NCBI GenBank assembly: GCA_964016885.1
Contig: OZ024740.1
Span: forward strand, 16,678,001-16,742,000
DNA length: 64,000 nt
From: Eledone cirrhosa
Taxonomy: Eukaryota
Direction of reading: 5' to 3'
Made by a program: the position numbers and the translations under genes. Positions 50,549 through 62,900 of the stretch are shown here, piece by piece (the first letter of the stretch is position 1; every line of letters begins with the position of its first letter). The notes under the pieces are model-generated. The model made no database searches. It saw only the letters and a list, made by a program, of their open reading frames with translations, and was not told the DNA's origin.

Positions 50549-53500
50549 CTTTGCAGGGAGACATCAGTGTAAATATGGTGGCTTCTGGACAGAGGTTTAC
50601 AGGGAGATATCAGAGTAAATATGGTGGCTTCTAGACAGAGGTTTACAGGGATATTTTACTGTAAATATGGTGGCATCTGGACAGAGGTTTACAGGGAGAC
50701 ATCAGTGTAAATATGGTGGCTTCTGGACAGAGCTTTACAGAGAGACATTAGTGTAAATATGGTGGCTTCTAGACAGAGCTTTGCAGGGAGTAATCAGAGT
50801 AAATATAGTGGCTTCTGGACAGAGGTTTACAGGGAGACATCAGTGTAAATATGGTGGCTTCTAGACATAGCTTTACAGGGAGATATCAGTGTAAATATGG
50901 TGGCTTCTGGACAGAGGTTTACAAGGAGACATCAGTGTAAATATGGTGGCTTCTGGACAGAGCTTTACAGGGAGACATTAGTGTAAATATGGTGGCTTCT
51001 AGACAGTGCTTTACAGGGAGATATCAGAGGAAATATAGTGGCTTCTGGACAGAGGTTTACAGGGAGATATCAGTGTAAATATGGTGGCATCTGGACAAAG
51101 GTTTACAGTGACACATCAGTGTAAATATGGTGGCTTCTAGACAGAGCTTTACAGGGAGATATCAGAGTAAATATGGTGGCTTCTGGACAGAGGTTTACAG
51201 GTAGACATCAGTGTAAATATGGTGACTTCTGGACAGAGGTTTACAGGGAGACATCAGTGTAAAAATGGTGGCTTCTGGACAGAGGTTTACAGGGAGACAT
51301 CAGTGTAAATATGTTGGCTTCTAGACAGAGGTTTACAGGGAGACATCAGTGTAAATATTGTGGCTTCTGGATAGAGGTTTACAGGGAGACATCAGTGTAA
51401 ATATGGTGGCTTCTGGATAGAGGTTTACAGGGAGACATCAGTGTAAATATGGTGGCTTCTGGACAGAGGTTTACAGGGAGACATCAGTGTAAATATGGTG
51501 GCTTCTGGACAGAGGTTTACAGGGAGACATCAGTGTAAAAATGGTGGCTTCTAGATAGAGGTTTACAGGGAGTCATCAGTGTAAATATGGTGGCTTCTAG
51601 ACAGAGCTTTACAGGGAGATATCAGAGTAAATATGGTGGCTTCTAGACAAAGCTTTATTGGGAGACATCAGTGTAAATATGGTGGCTTCTGGACAGAGGT
51701 TTACAAGGAGACATCAGTGTAAATATGGTGGCTTCTGGACAGGGCTTTACAGGGAGACATTAGTGTAAATATGGTGGCTTCTAGACAGTGCTTTACAGGG
51801 AGATATCAGAGGAAATATAGTGGCTTCTGGACAGATGTTTACAGGGAGATATCAGTGTAAATATGGTGGCATCTGGACAAAGGTTTACAGTGACACATCA
51901 GTGTAAATATGGTGGCTTCTAGACAGAGCTTTACAGGGAGATATCAGAGTAAATATGGTGGCTTCTGGACAGAGGTTTACAGGTAGACATCAGTGTAAAT
52001 ATGGTAACTTCTGGACAGAGGTTTACAGAGAGACATTAGTGTAAATATGGTGGCTTCTAGACAGAGGTTTACAGGGAGATATCAGAGTAAATATGGTGGC
52101 TTCTGGACAGAGCTTTACAGGGAGACATCAGTGTAAATATGGTGGCTTCTGGACAGAGGTTTACAGGGAGACATCAGTGTAAAAATGGTGGCTTCTGGAC
52201 AGAGGTTTACAGGGAGACAATCAGTGTAAATATGGTGGCTTCTGGACAGAGGTTTTCAGGGAGACATCAGTGTAAATATGTTGGCTTCTAGACAGAGGTT
52301 TACAGGGAGACATCAGTGTAAATATTGTGGCTTCTGGATAGAGGTTTACAGGGAGACATCAGTGTAAATATGGTGGCTTCTGGATAGAGGTTTACAGGGA
52401 GACATCAGTGTAAATATGGTGGCTTCTGGACAGAGGTTTACAGGGAGATATCAGTGTAAATATGGTGGCTTCTGGACAGAGGTTTACAGGGAGACATCAG
52501 TGTAAATATGGTGGCTTCTAGACAGAGGTTTACAGGGAGTCATCAGTGTAAATATGGTGGCTTCTAGACAGAGATTTACAGGGAGATATCAGAGTAAATA
52601 TGGTGGCTTCTAGACAAAGCTTTACAGGGAGACATCAGTGTAAATATGGTGGCTTCTAGACAGGTTTACTGGGAGACATCAGTGTAAATATGGTGGCTTC
52701 TAGACAGAGCTTTACAGGGAGACATCAGTGTAAATATGGTGGCTTCTAGACAGAGCTTTACAGGGAGACATCAGTGTAAATATGGTGGCTTCTAGACAGA
52801 GGTTTACAGGGAGACATCAGTGTAAATATGGTGGCATCTGGACAGAGGTTTACAGAGAGACATCAGTGTAAATATGGTGGCTTCTGGACAGAGGTTTACA
52901 GGGAGATATCAGTGTAAATATGGTGGCTTCTGGACAGAGCTTTACAGGGAGACATCAGTGTAAATATGGTGGCTTCTAGACAGAGGTTTACAGGGAGTCA
53001 TCAGTGTAAATATGGTGGCTTCTAGACAGAGCTTTACAGGGATATTTTAGTGTAAATATGGTGGCATCTGGACAGAGGTTTACAGGGAGACATCAGTGTA
53101 AATATGGTGGCTTCTGGACAGAGCTTTACAGAGAGACATTAGTGTAAATATGGTGGCTTCTAGACAGAGCTTTACAGGGAGTTATCAGAGTAAATATAGT
53201 GGCTTCTGGACAGAGGTTTACAAGGAGACATCAGTGTAAATATGGTGGCTTCTGGACAGAGCTTTACAGGGAGACATTAGTGTAAATATGGTGGCTTCTA
53301 GACAGTGCTTTACAGGGAGATATCAGAGGAAATATAGTGGCTTCTGGACAGAGGTTTACAGGGAGATATCAGTGTAAATATGGTGGCATCTGGACAAAGG
53401 TTTACAGTGACACATCAGTGTAAATATGGTGGCTTCTAGACAGAGCTTTACAGGGAGATATCAGAGTAAATATGGTGGCTTCTGGACAGAGGTTTACAGG

Positions 53501-53979
53501 TAGACATCAGTGTAAATATGGTGACTTCTGGACAGAGGTTTACAGGGAGACATTAGTGTAAATATGGTGGCTTCTAGACAGAGGTTTACAGGGAGATATC
53601 AGAGTAAATATGGTGGCTTCTGGACAGAGCTTTACAGGGAGACATCAGTGAAAATATGGTGGCTTCTGGACAGAGGTTTACAGGGAGACATCAGTGTAAA
53701 AATGGTGGCTTCTGGACAGAGGTTTACAGGGAGACAATCAGTGTAAATATGGTGGCTTCTGGACAGAGGTTTACAGGGAGACATCAGTGTAAATATGTTG
53801 GCTTCTAGACAGAGGTTTACAGGGAGACATCAGTGTAAATATTGTGGCTTCTGGATAGAGGTTTACAGGGAGACATCAGTGTAAATATGGTGGCTTCTGG
53901 ATAGAGGTTTACAGGGAGACATCAGTGTAAATATGGTGGCTTCTGGACAGAGGTTTACAGGGAGATATCAGTGTAAATA

Positions 53980-56900
53980 TGGTGGCTTCTGGACAGAGGT
54001 TTACAGGGAGACATCAGTGTAAATATGGTGGCTTCTAGACAGAGGTTTACAGGGAGTCATCAGTGTAAATATGGTGGCTTCTAGACAGAGCTTTACAGGG
54101 AGATATCAGAGTAAATATGGTGGCTTCTAGACAAAGCTTTACAGGGAGACATCAGTGTAAATATGGTAGCTTCTAGACAGGTTTACTGGGAGACATCAGT
54201 GTAAATATCGTGGCTTCTAGACAGAGCTTTACAGGGAGACATCAGTGTAAATATGGTGGCTTCTAAACAGAGCTTTACAGGGAGACATCAGTGTAAATAT
54301 GGTGGCTTCTAGACAGAGCTTTACAGGGAGACATCAGTGTAAATATGGTGGCTTCTGGACAGAGGTTTACAGGGAGACATCAGTGTAAATATGGTGGCTT
54401 CTGGACAGAGGTTTACAGGGAGATATCAGTGTAAATATGGTGGCTTCTGGACAGAGCTTTACAGGGAGATATCAGAGTAAATATGGTGGCTTCTAGACAA
54501 AGCTTTACAGGGAGACATCAGTGTAAATATGGTGGCTTCTAGACAGGTTTACTGGGAGACATCAGTGTAAATATCGTGGCTTCTAGACAAAGCTTTACAG
54601 GGAGACATCAGTGTAAATATGGTGGCTTCTAGACAGAGCTTTACAGGGAGACATCAGTGTAAATATGGTGGCTCCTAGACAGAGCTTTACAGGGAGACAT
54701 CAGTGTAAATATGGTGGCTTCTGGACAGAGGTTTACAGGGAGATATCAGTGTAAATATGGTGGCTTCTAGACAGAGCTTTGCAGGGAGACATCAGTGTAA
54801 ATATGGTGGCTTCTGGACAGAGGTTTACAGGGAGATATCAGTGTAAATATGGTGGCATCTGGACAGATGTTTACAGGGAGACATCAGTGTAAATATGGTG
54901 GCTTCTAGACAGAGCTTTGCAGGGAGACATCAGTGTAAATATGGTGGCTTCTGGAGAGAAGTTTACAGGGAGACATCAGAGTAAATATGGTGGCTTCTAG
55001 ACAGAGGTTTACAGGAAGACATCAGTGTAAATATGGTGGCATCTGGACAGAGGTTTACAGGGAGACATCAGTGTAAATATGGTGGCTTCTGGATAGAGCT
55101 TTACAGAGAGACATTAGTGTAAATATGGTGGCTTCTAGACAGAGCTTTACAGGGAGATATCAGAGTAAATATAGTGTCTTCTGGACAGAGGTTTACAGGG
55201 AGACATCAGTGTAAATATGGTGGCTTCTAGACAGAGCTTTACAGGGAGATATCAGTGTAAATATGGTGGCTTCTAGACAGAGCTTTACAGGGAGACATTA
55301 GTGTATATATATTGGCTTCTAGACAGAGCTTTACAGGGAGATATCAGTGTAAATATGGTGGCTTCTAGACAGAGCTTTACAGGGAGATATCAGAGTAATT
55401 ATGGTGCCTTCTGGACAGAGGTTTACAGGGAGACATCAGTGTAAATATGGTGGCTTCTGGATAGAGGTTTACAGGGAGACATCAGTGTAAATATGGTGGA
55501 TTCTGGACAGAGATTTATAGGGAGATATCAGTGTTAATATGGTGGCTTCTGGACAGAGGTTTACAGGGAGACATCAGTGTAAATGTGGTGGCATCTGGAC
55601 AGAGGTTTACAATGAGACATCAGTGTAAATATGGTGTCTTCTGGACAGGGCTTTACAGGGAGACATTAGTTTAAATATGGTGGCTTCTAGACAGAGGTTT
55701 ACAGAGAGACATCAGTGTAAATATGGTGGCTTCTAGACGGAGGTTTACAGGGAGATATCAGTGTAAATATGGTGTCTTCTGGACAGAGGTTTCCAGGGAG
55801 ATATCAGTGTAAATATGGTGTCTTCTGGACAGAGCTTTACAGGGAGATATCAGAGTAAATATGGCGGCTTCTGGACAGAGCTTTACAGGGAGACATCAGT
55901 GTAAATATGCTGGCTTCTAGACAGAGTTTTACAGGGAGACATCAGTGTAAATATGGTGGCTTCTGGACAGATGTTTACAGGGAGACATTAGTGTAAAAAT
56001 GGTGGCTTCTGGACGGAGGTTTACAGGGAGACATCAGTGTAAATATGTTGGCTTCTAGACAGAGGTTTACAGGGAGACATCAGTGTAAATATGATGGCTT
56101 CTGGATAGAGGTTTACAGGGAGACATCAGTGTAAATATGGTGGCTTCTGGACAGAGGTTTACAGGGACACATCAGTGTAAATATGGTGGCTTCTGGACAG
56201 AGCATTACAGGGAGATATCAGAGTAAATATGGTGGCTTCTAGACAAAGCTTTACAGGGAGACATCAGTGTAAATATGGTGGCTTCTAGACAGAGCTTTAC
56301 AGGGAGACATCAGTGTAAATATGGTGGTTTCTAGACAAAGCTTTACAGGGAGACATCAGTGTAAATATGGTGGCTTCTAGACAAAGCTTTACAGGGAGAC
56401 ATCAGTGTAAATATGGTGGCTTCTTGACAGAGCTTTACAGGGAAACATCAGTGTAAATATGGTGGCTTCTGGACAGGTTTACAGGGAGATATCAGTGTAA
56501 ATAAGGTGGCTTCTAGACAGAGGTTTACAGGGATATTTTAGTGTAAATATGGTGGCATCTGGACAGAGGTTTACAGGGAGACATCAGTGTAAATATGGTG
56601 GCTTCTTGACAGAGCTTTACAGGGAGATATCAGTGTAAATATGGTGGCTTCTGGACAGAGGTTTACAAGGAGACATCCGTGTAAATATGTTGGCTTCTGG
56701 ACAGAGCTTTACAGGGATACATTAGTGTAAATATGGTGGCTTCTAGACAGTGCTTTACAGGGAGATATCAGAGGAAATATAGTGGCTTCTGGACAGAGGT
56801 TTACAGGGAAATATCAGTGTAAATATGGTGGCATCTGGACAAAGGTTTACAGTGACACATCAGTGTAAATATGGTGGCTTCTAGACAGCGCTTTACAGGG

Positions 56901-59900
56901 AGATATCAGAGTAAATATGGTGGCTTCTGGACAGAGGTTTACAGGCAGACCTCAGTGTAAATATGGTGACTTCTGGACAGAGGTTTACAGGGAGACATTA
57001 GTGTAAATATGGTGGCTTCTAGACAGAGGTTTACAGGGAGATATCAGAGTAAATATGGTGGCTTCTGGACAGAGGTTTACAGGTAAACATCAGTGTAAAT
57101 ATGGTGACTTCTGGACAGAGGTTTACAGGGAGACATCAGTGTAAAAATGGTGGCTTCTGGACAGAGGTTTACAAGGAGACATCAGTGTAAATATGTTCGC
57201 TTCTAGACAGAGGTTTACAGGGAGACATCAGTGTAAATATTGTGGCTTCTGGATAGAGGTTTACAGGGAGACATCAGTGTAAATATGGTGGCTTCTGGAT
57301 AGAGGTTTACAGGGAGACATCAGTGTAAATATGGTGGCTTCTGGACAGAGGTTTACAGGGAGATATCAGTGTAAATATGGTGGCTTCTGGACAGAGGTTT
57401 ACAGGGAGACATCAGTGTAAATATGGTGGCTCCTAGACAGAGGTTTACAGGGAGTCATCAGTGTAAATATGGTGGCTTCTAGACAGAGTTTTACAGGGAG
57501 ATATCAGAGTAAATATGGTGGCTCCTAGACAAATCTTTACAGGGAGACATCAGTGTAAATATGGTGGCTTCTGGACAGAGGTTTACAAGGAGACATCAGT
57601 GTAAATATGGTGGCTTCTGGACAGAGCTTTACAGGGAGACATTAGTGTAAATATGGTGGCTTCTAGACAGTTCTTTACAGGGAGATATCAGAGGAAATAT
57701 AGTGGCTTCTGGACAGAGGTTTACAGGGAGATATCAGTGTAAATATGGTGGCATCTGGACAAAGGTTTACAGTGACACATCAGTGTAAATATGGTGGCTT
57801 CTAGACAGAGCTTTACAGGGAGATATCAGAGTAAATATGGTGGCTTCTGGACAGAGGTTTACAGGTAGACATCAGTGTAAATATGGTGACTTCTGGACAG
57901 AGGTTTACAGGGAGACATTAGTGTAAATATGGTGGCTTCTAGACAGAGGTTTACAGGGAGATATCAGAGTAAATATGGTGGCTTCTGGACAGAGCTTTAC
58001 AGGGAGACATCAGTGTAAATATGGTGGCTTCTGGACAGAGGTTTACAGGGAGACATCAGTGTAAAAATGGTGGCTTCTGGACAGAGGTTTACAGGGAGAC
58101 AATCAGTGTAAATATGGTGGCTTCTGGACAGAGGTTTACAGGGAGACATCAGTGTAAATATGTTGGCTTCTAGACAGAGGTTTACAGGGAGACATCAGTG
58201 TAAATATTGTGGCTTCTGGATAGAGGTTTACAGGGAGACATCAGTGTAAATATGGTGGCTTCTAGACAGAGGTTTACAGGGAGTCATCAGTGTAAATATG
58301 GTGGCTTCTAGACAGAGCTTTACAGGGAGATATCAGAGTAAATATGGTGGCTTCTAGACAAAGCTTTACAGGGAGACATCAGTGTAAATATGGTAGCTTC
58401 TAGACAGGTTTACTGGGAGACATCAGTGTAAATATCGTGGCTTCTAGACAGAGCTTTACAGGGAGACATCAGTGTAAATATCGTGGCTTCTAAACAGAGC
58501 TTTACAGGGAGACATCAGTGTAAATATGGTGGCTTCTAGACAGAGCTTTACAGGGAGACATCAGTGTAAATATGGTTGCTTCTGGACAGAGGTTTACAGG
58601 GAGACATCAGTGTAAATATGGTGGCTTCTGGACAGAGGTTTACAGGGAGATATCAGTGTAAATATGGTGGCTTCTGGACAGAGCTTTACAGGGAGATATC
58701 AGAGTAAATATGGTGGCTTCTAGACAAAGCTTTACAGGGAGACATCAGTGTAAATATGGTGGCTTCTAGACAGGTTTACTGGGAGACATCAGTGTAAATA
58801 TCGTGGCTTCTAGACAAAGCTTTACAGGGAGACATCAGTGTAAATATGGTTGCTTCTGGACAGAGGTTTACAGGGAGACATCAGTGTAAATATGGTGGCT
58901 TCTGGACAGAGGTTTACAGGGAGATATCAGTGTAAATATGGTGGCTTCTGGACAGAGCTTTACAGGGCGATATCAGAGTAAATATGGTGGCTTCTAGACA
59001 GAGCTTTACAGGGAGACATCAGTGTAAATATGGTGGCTCCTAGACAGAGCTTTACAGGGAGACATCAGTGTAAATATGGTGGCTTCTGGTCAGAGGTTTA
59101 CAGGGAGATATCAGTGTAAATATGGTGGCTTCTAGACAGAGCTTTGCAGGGAGACATCAGTGTAAATATGGTGGCTTCTGGACAGAGGTTTACAGGGAGA
59201 CATCAGAGTAAATATGGTGGCTTCTAGACAGAGGTTTACAGGGAGATATCAGTGTAAATATGGTGGCATCTGGACAGATGTTTACAGGGAGACATCAGTG
59301 TAAATATGGTGGCTTCTGGATAGAGCTTTACAGAGAGACATTAGTGTAAATATGGTGGCTTCTAGACAGAGCTTTACAGGGAGATATCAGAGTAAATATA
59401 GTGTCTTCTGGACAGAGGTTTACAGGGAGACATCAGTGTAAATATGGTGGCTTCTAGACAGAGCTTTACAGGGAGATATCAGTGTAAATATGGTGGCTTC
59501 TAGACAGAGCTTTACAGGGAGACATTAGTGTATATATATTGGCTTCTAGACAGAGCTTTACAGGGAGATATCAGTGTAAATATGGTGGCTTCTAGACAGA
59601 GCTTTACAGGGAGATATCAGAGTAAATATGGTGCCTTCTGGACAGAGGTTTACAGGGAGACATCAGTGTAAATATGGTGGCTTCTGGATAGAGGTTTACA
59701 GGGAGACATCAGTGTAAATATGGTGGATTCTGGACAGAGGTTTACAGGGAGACATTAGTGTAAATATGGTGGCTTCTGGACAGAGATTTATAGGGAGATA
59801 TCAGTGTTAATATGGTGGCTTCTGGACAGAGGTTTACAGGGAGACATCAGTGTAAATGTGGTGGCATCTGGACAGAGGTTTACAATGAGACATCAGTGTA

Positions 59901-62900
59901 AATATGGTGTCTTCTGGACAGGGCTTTACAGGGAGACATTAGTTTAAATATGGTGGCTTCTAGACAGAGGTTTACAGGGAGACATCAGTGTAAATATGGT
60001 GGCTTCTAGACGGAGGTTTACAGGGAGATATCAGTGTAAATATGGTGTCTTCTGGACAGAGGTTTCCAGGGAGATATCAGTGTAAATATGGTGTCTTCTG
60101 GACAGAGCTTTACAGGGAGATATCAGAGTAAATATGGCGGCTTCTGGACAGAGCTTTACAGGGAGACATCAGTGTAAATATGCTGGCTTCTAGACAGAGT
60201 TTTACAGGGAGACATCAGTGTAAATATGCTGGCTTCTGGACAGATGTTTACAGGGAGACATTAGTGTAAAAATGGTGGCTTCTGGACGGAGGTTTACAGG
60301 GAGACATCAGTGTAAATATGTTGGCTTCTAGACAGAGGTTTACAGGGAGACATCAGTGTAAATATGATGGCTTCTGGATAGAGGTTTACAGGGAGACATC
60401 AGTGTAAATATGGTGGCTTCTGGACAGAGGTTTACAGGGACACATCAGTGTAAATATGGTGGCTTCTGGACAGAGGTTTACAGGGAGTCATCAGAGTAAA
60501 TATGGTGGCTTCTAGACAGAGCATTACAGGGAGATATCAGAGTAAATATGGTGGCTTCTAGACAAAGCTTTACAGGGAGACATCAGTGTTAATATGGTGG
60601 CTTCTAGACAGAGCTTTACAGGGAGACATCAGTGTAAATATGGTGGTTTCTAGACAAAGCTTTACAGGGAGACATCAGTGTAAATATGGTGGCTTCTAGA
60701 CAAAGCTTTACAGGGAGACATCAGTGTAAATATGGTGGCTTCTTGACAGAGCTTTACAGGGAAACATCAGTGTAAATATGGTGGCTTCTGGACAGGTTTA
60801 CAGGGAGATATCAGTGTAAATATGGTGGCTTCTAGACAGAGCTTTGCAGGGAGACATCAGTGTAAATATGGTGGCTTCTGGACAGAGGTTTACAGGGAGA
60901 TATCAGAGTAAATATGGTGGCTTCTAGACAGAGGTTTACAGGGATATTTTAGTGTAAATATGGTGGCATCTGGACAGAGGTTTACAGGGAGACATCAGTG
61001 TAAATATGGTGGCTTCTCGACAGAGCTTTACAGGGAGATATCAGTGTAAATATGGTGGCATCTGGACAGAGGTTTACAGGGAGACATCAGTGTAAATATG
61101 GTGGCTTCTCGACAGAGCTTTACAGGGAGATATCAGTGTAAATATGGTGGCTTCTGGACAGAGGTTTACAGGGAGACATCAGTGTAAAAATGGTGGCTTC
61201 TGGACAGAGGTTTACAGGGAGACAATCAGTGTAAATATGGTGGCTTCTGGACAGAGGTTTACAGGGAGACATCAGTGTAAATATGGTGGCTTCTAGACAG
61301 AGGTTTACAGGGAGTCATCAGTGTAAATATGGTGGCTTCTAGACAGAGCTTTACAGGGAGATATCAGAGTAAATATGGTGGCTTCTAGACAAAGCTTTAC
61401 AGGGAGACATCAGTGTAAATATGGTAGCTTCTAGACAGGTTTACTGGGAGACATCAGTGTAAATATCGTGGCTTCTAGACAGAGCTTTACAGGGAGACAT
61501 CAGTGTAAATATGGTGGCTTCTAAACAGAGCTTTACAGGGAGACATCAGTGTAAATATGGTGGCTTCTAGACAGAGCTTTACAGGGAGACATCAGTGTAA
61601 ATATGGTGGCTTCTGGACAGAGGTTTACAGGGAGACATCAGTGTAAATATGGTGGCTTCTGGACAGAGGTTTACAGGGAGATATCAGTGTAAATATGGTG
61701 GCTTCTGGACAGAGCTTTACAGGGAGATATCAGAGTAAATATGGTGGCTTCTAGACAAAGCTTTACAGGGAGACATCAGTGTAAATATGGTGGCTTCTAG
61801 ACAGGTTTACTGGGAGACATCAGTGTAAATATCGTGGCTTCTAGACAAAGCTTTACAGGGAGACATCAGTGTAAATATGGTGGCTTCTAGACAGAGCTTT
61901 ACAGGGAGACATCAGTGTAAATATGGTGGCTCCTAGACAGAGCTTTACAGGGAGACATCAGTGTAAATATGGTGGCTTCTGGACAGAGGTTTACAGGGAG
62001 ATATCAGTGTAAATATGGTGGCTTCTAGACAGAGCTTTGCAGGGAGACATCAGTGTAAATATGGTGGCTTCTGGACAGAGGTTTACAGGGAGATATCAGT
62101 GTAAATATGGTGGCATCTGGACAGATGTTTACAGGGAGACATCAGTGTAAATATGGTGGCTTCTAGACAGAGCTTTGCAGGGAGACATCAGTGTAAATAT
62201 GGTGGCTTCTGGAGAGAAGTTTACAGGGAGACATCAGAGTAAATATGGTGGCTTCTAGACAGAGGTTTACAGGAAGACATCTGTGTAAATATGGTGGCAT
62301 CTGGACAGAGGTTTACAGGGAGACATCAGTGTAAATATGGTGGCTTCTGGATAGAGCTTTACAGAGAGACATTAGTGTAAATATGGTGGCTTCTAGACAG
62401 AGCTTTACAGGGAGATATCAGAGTAAATATAGTGTCTTCTGGACAGAGGTTTACAGGGAGACATCAGTGTAAATATGGTGGCTTCTAGACAGAGCTTTAC
62501 AGGGAGATATCAGTGTAAATATGGTGGCTTCTAGACAGAGCTTTACAGGGAGACATTAGTGTATATATATTGGCTTCTAGACAGAGCTTTACAGGGAGAT
62601 ATCAGTGTAAATATGGTGGCTTCTAGACAGAGCTTTACAGGGAGATATCAGAGTAAATATGGTGCCTTCTGGACAGAGGTTTACAGGGAGACATCAGTGT
62701 AAATATGGTGGCTTCTGGATAGAGGTTTACAGGGAGACATCAGTGTAAATATGGTGGATTCTGGACAGAGATTTATAGGGAGATATCAGTGTTAATATGG
62801 TGGCTTCTGGACAGAGGTTTACAGGGAGACATCAGTGTAAATGTGGTGGCATCTGGACAGAGGTTTACAATGAGACATCAGTGTAAATATGGTGTCTTCT

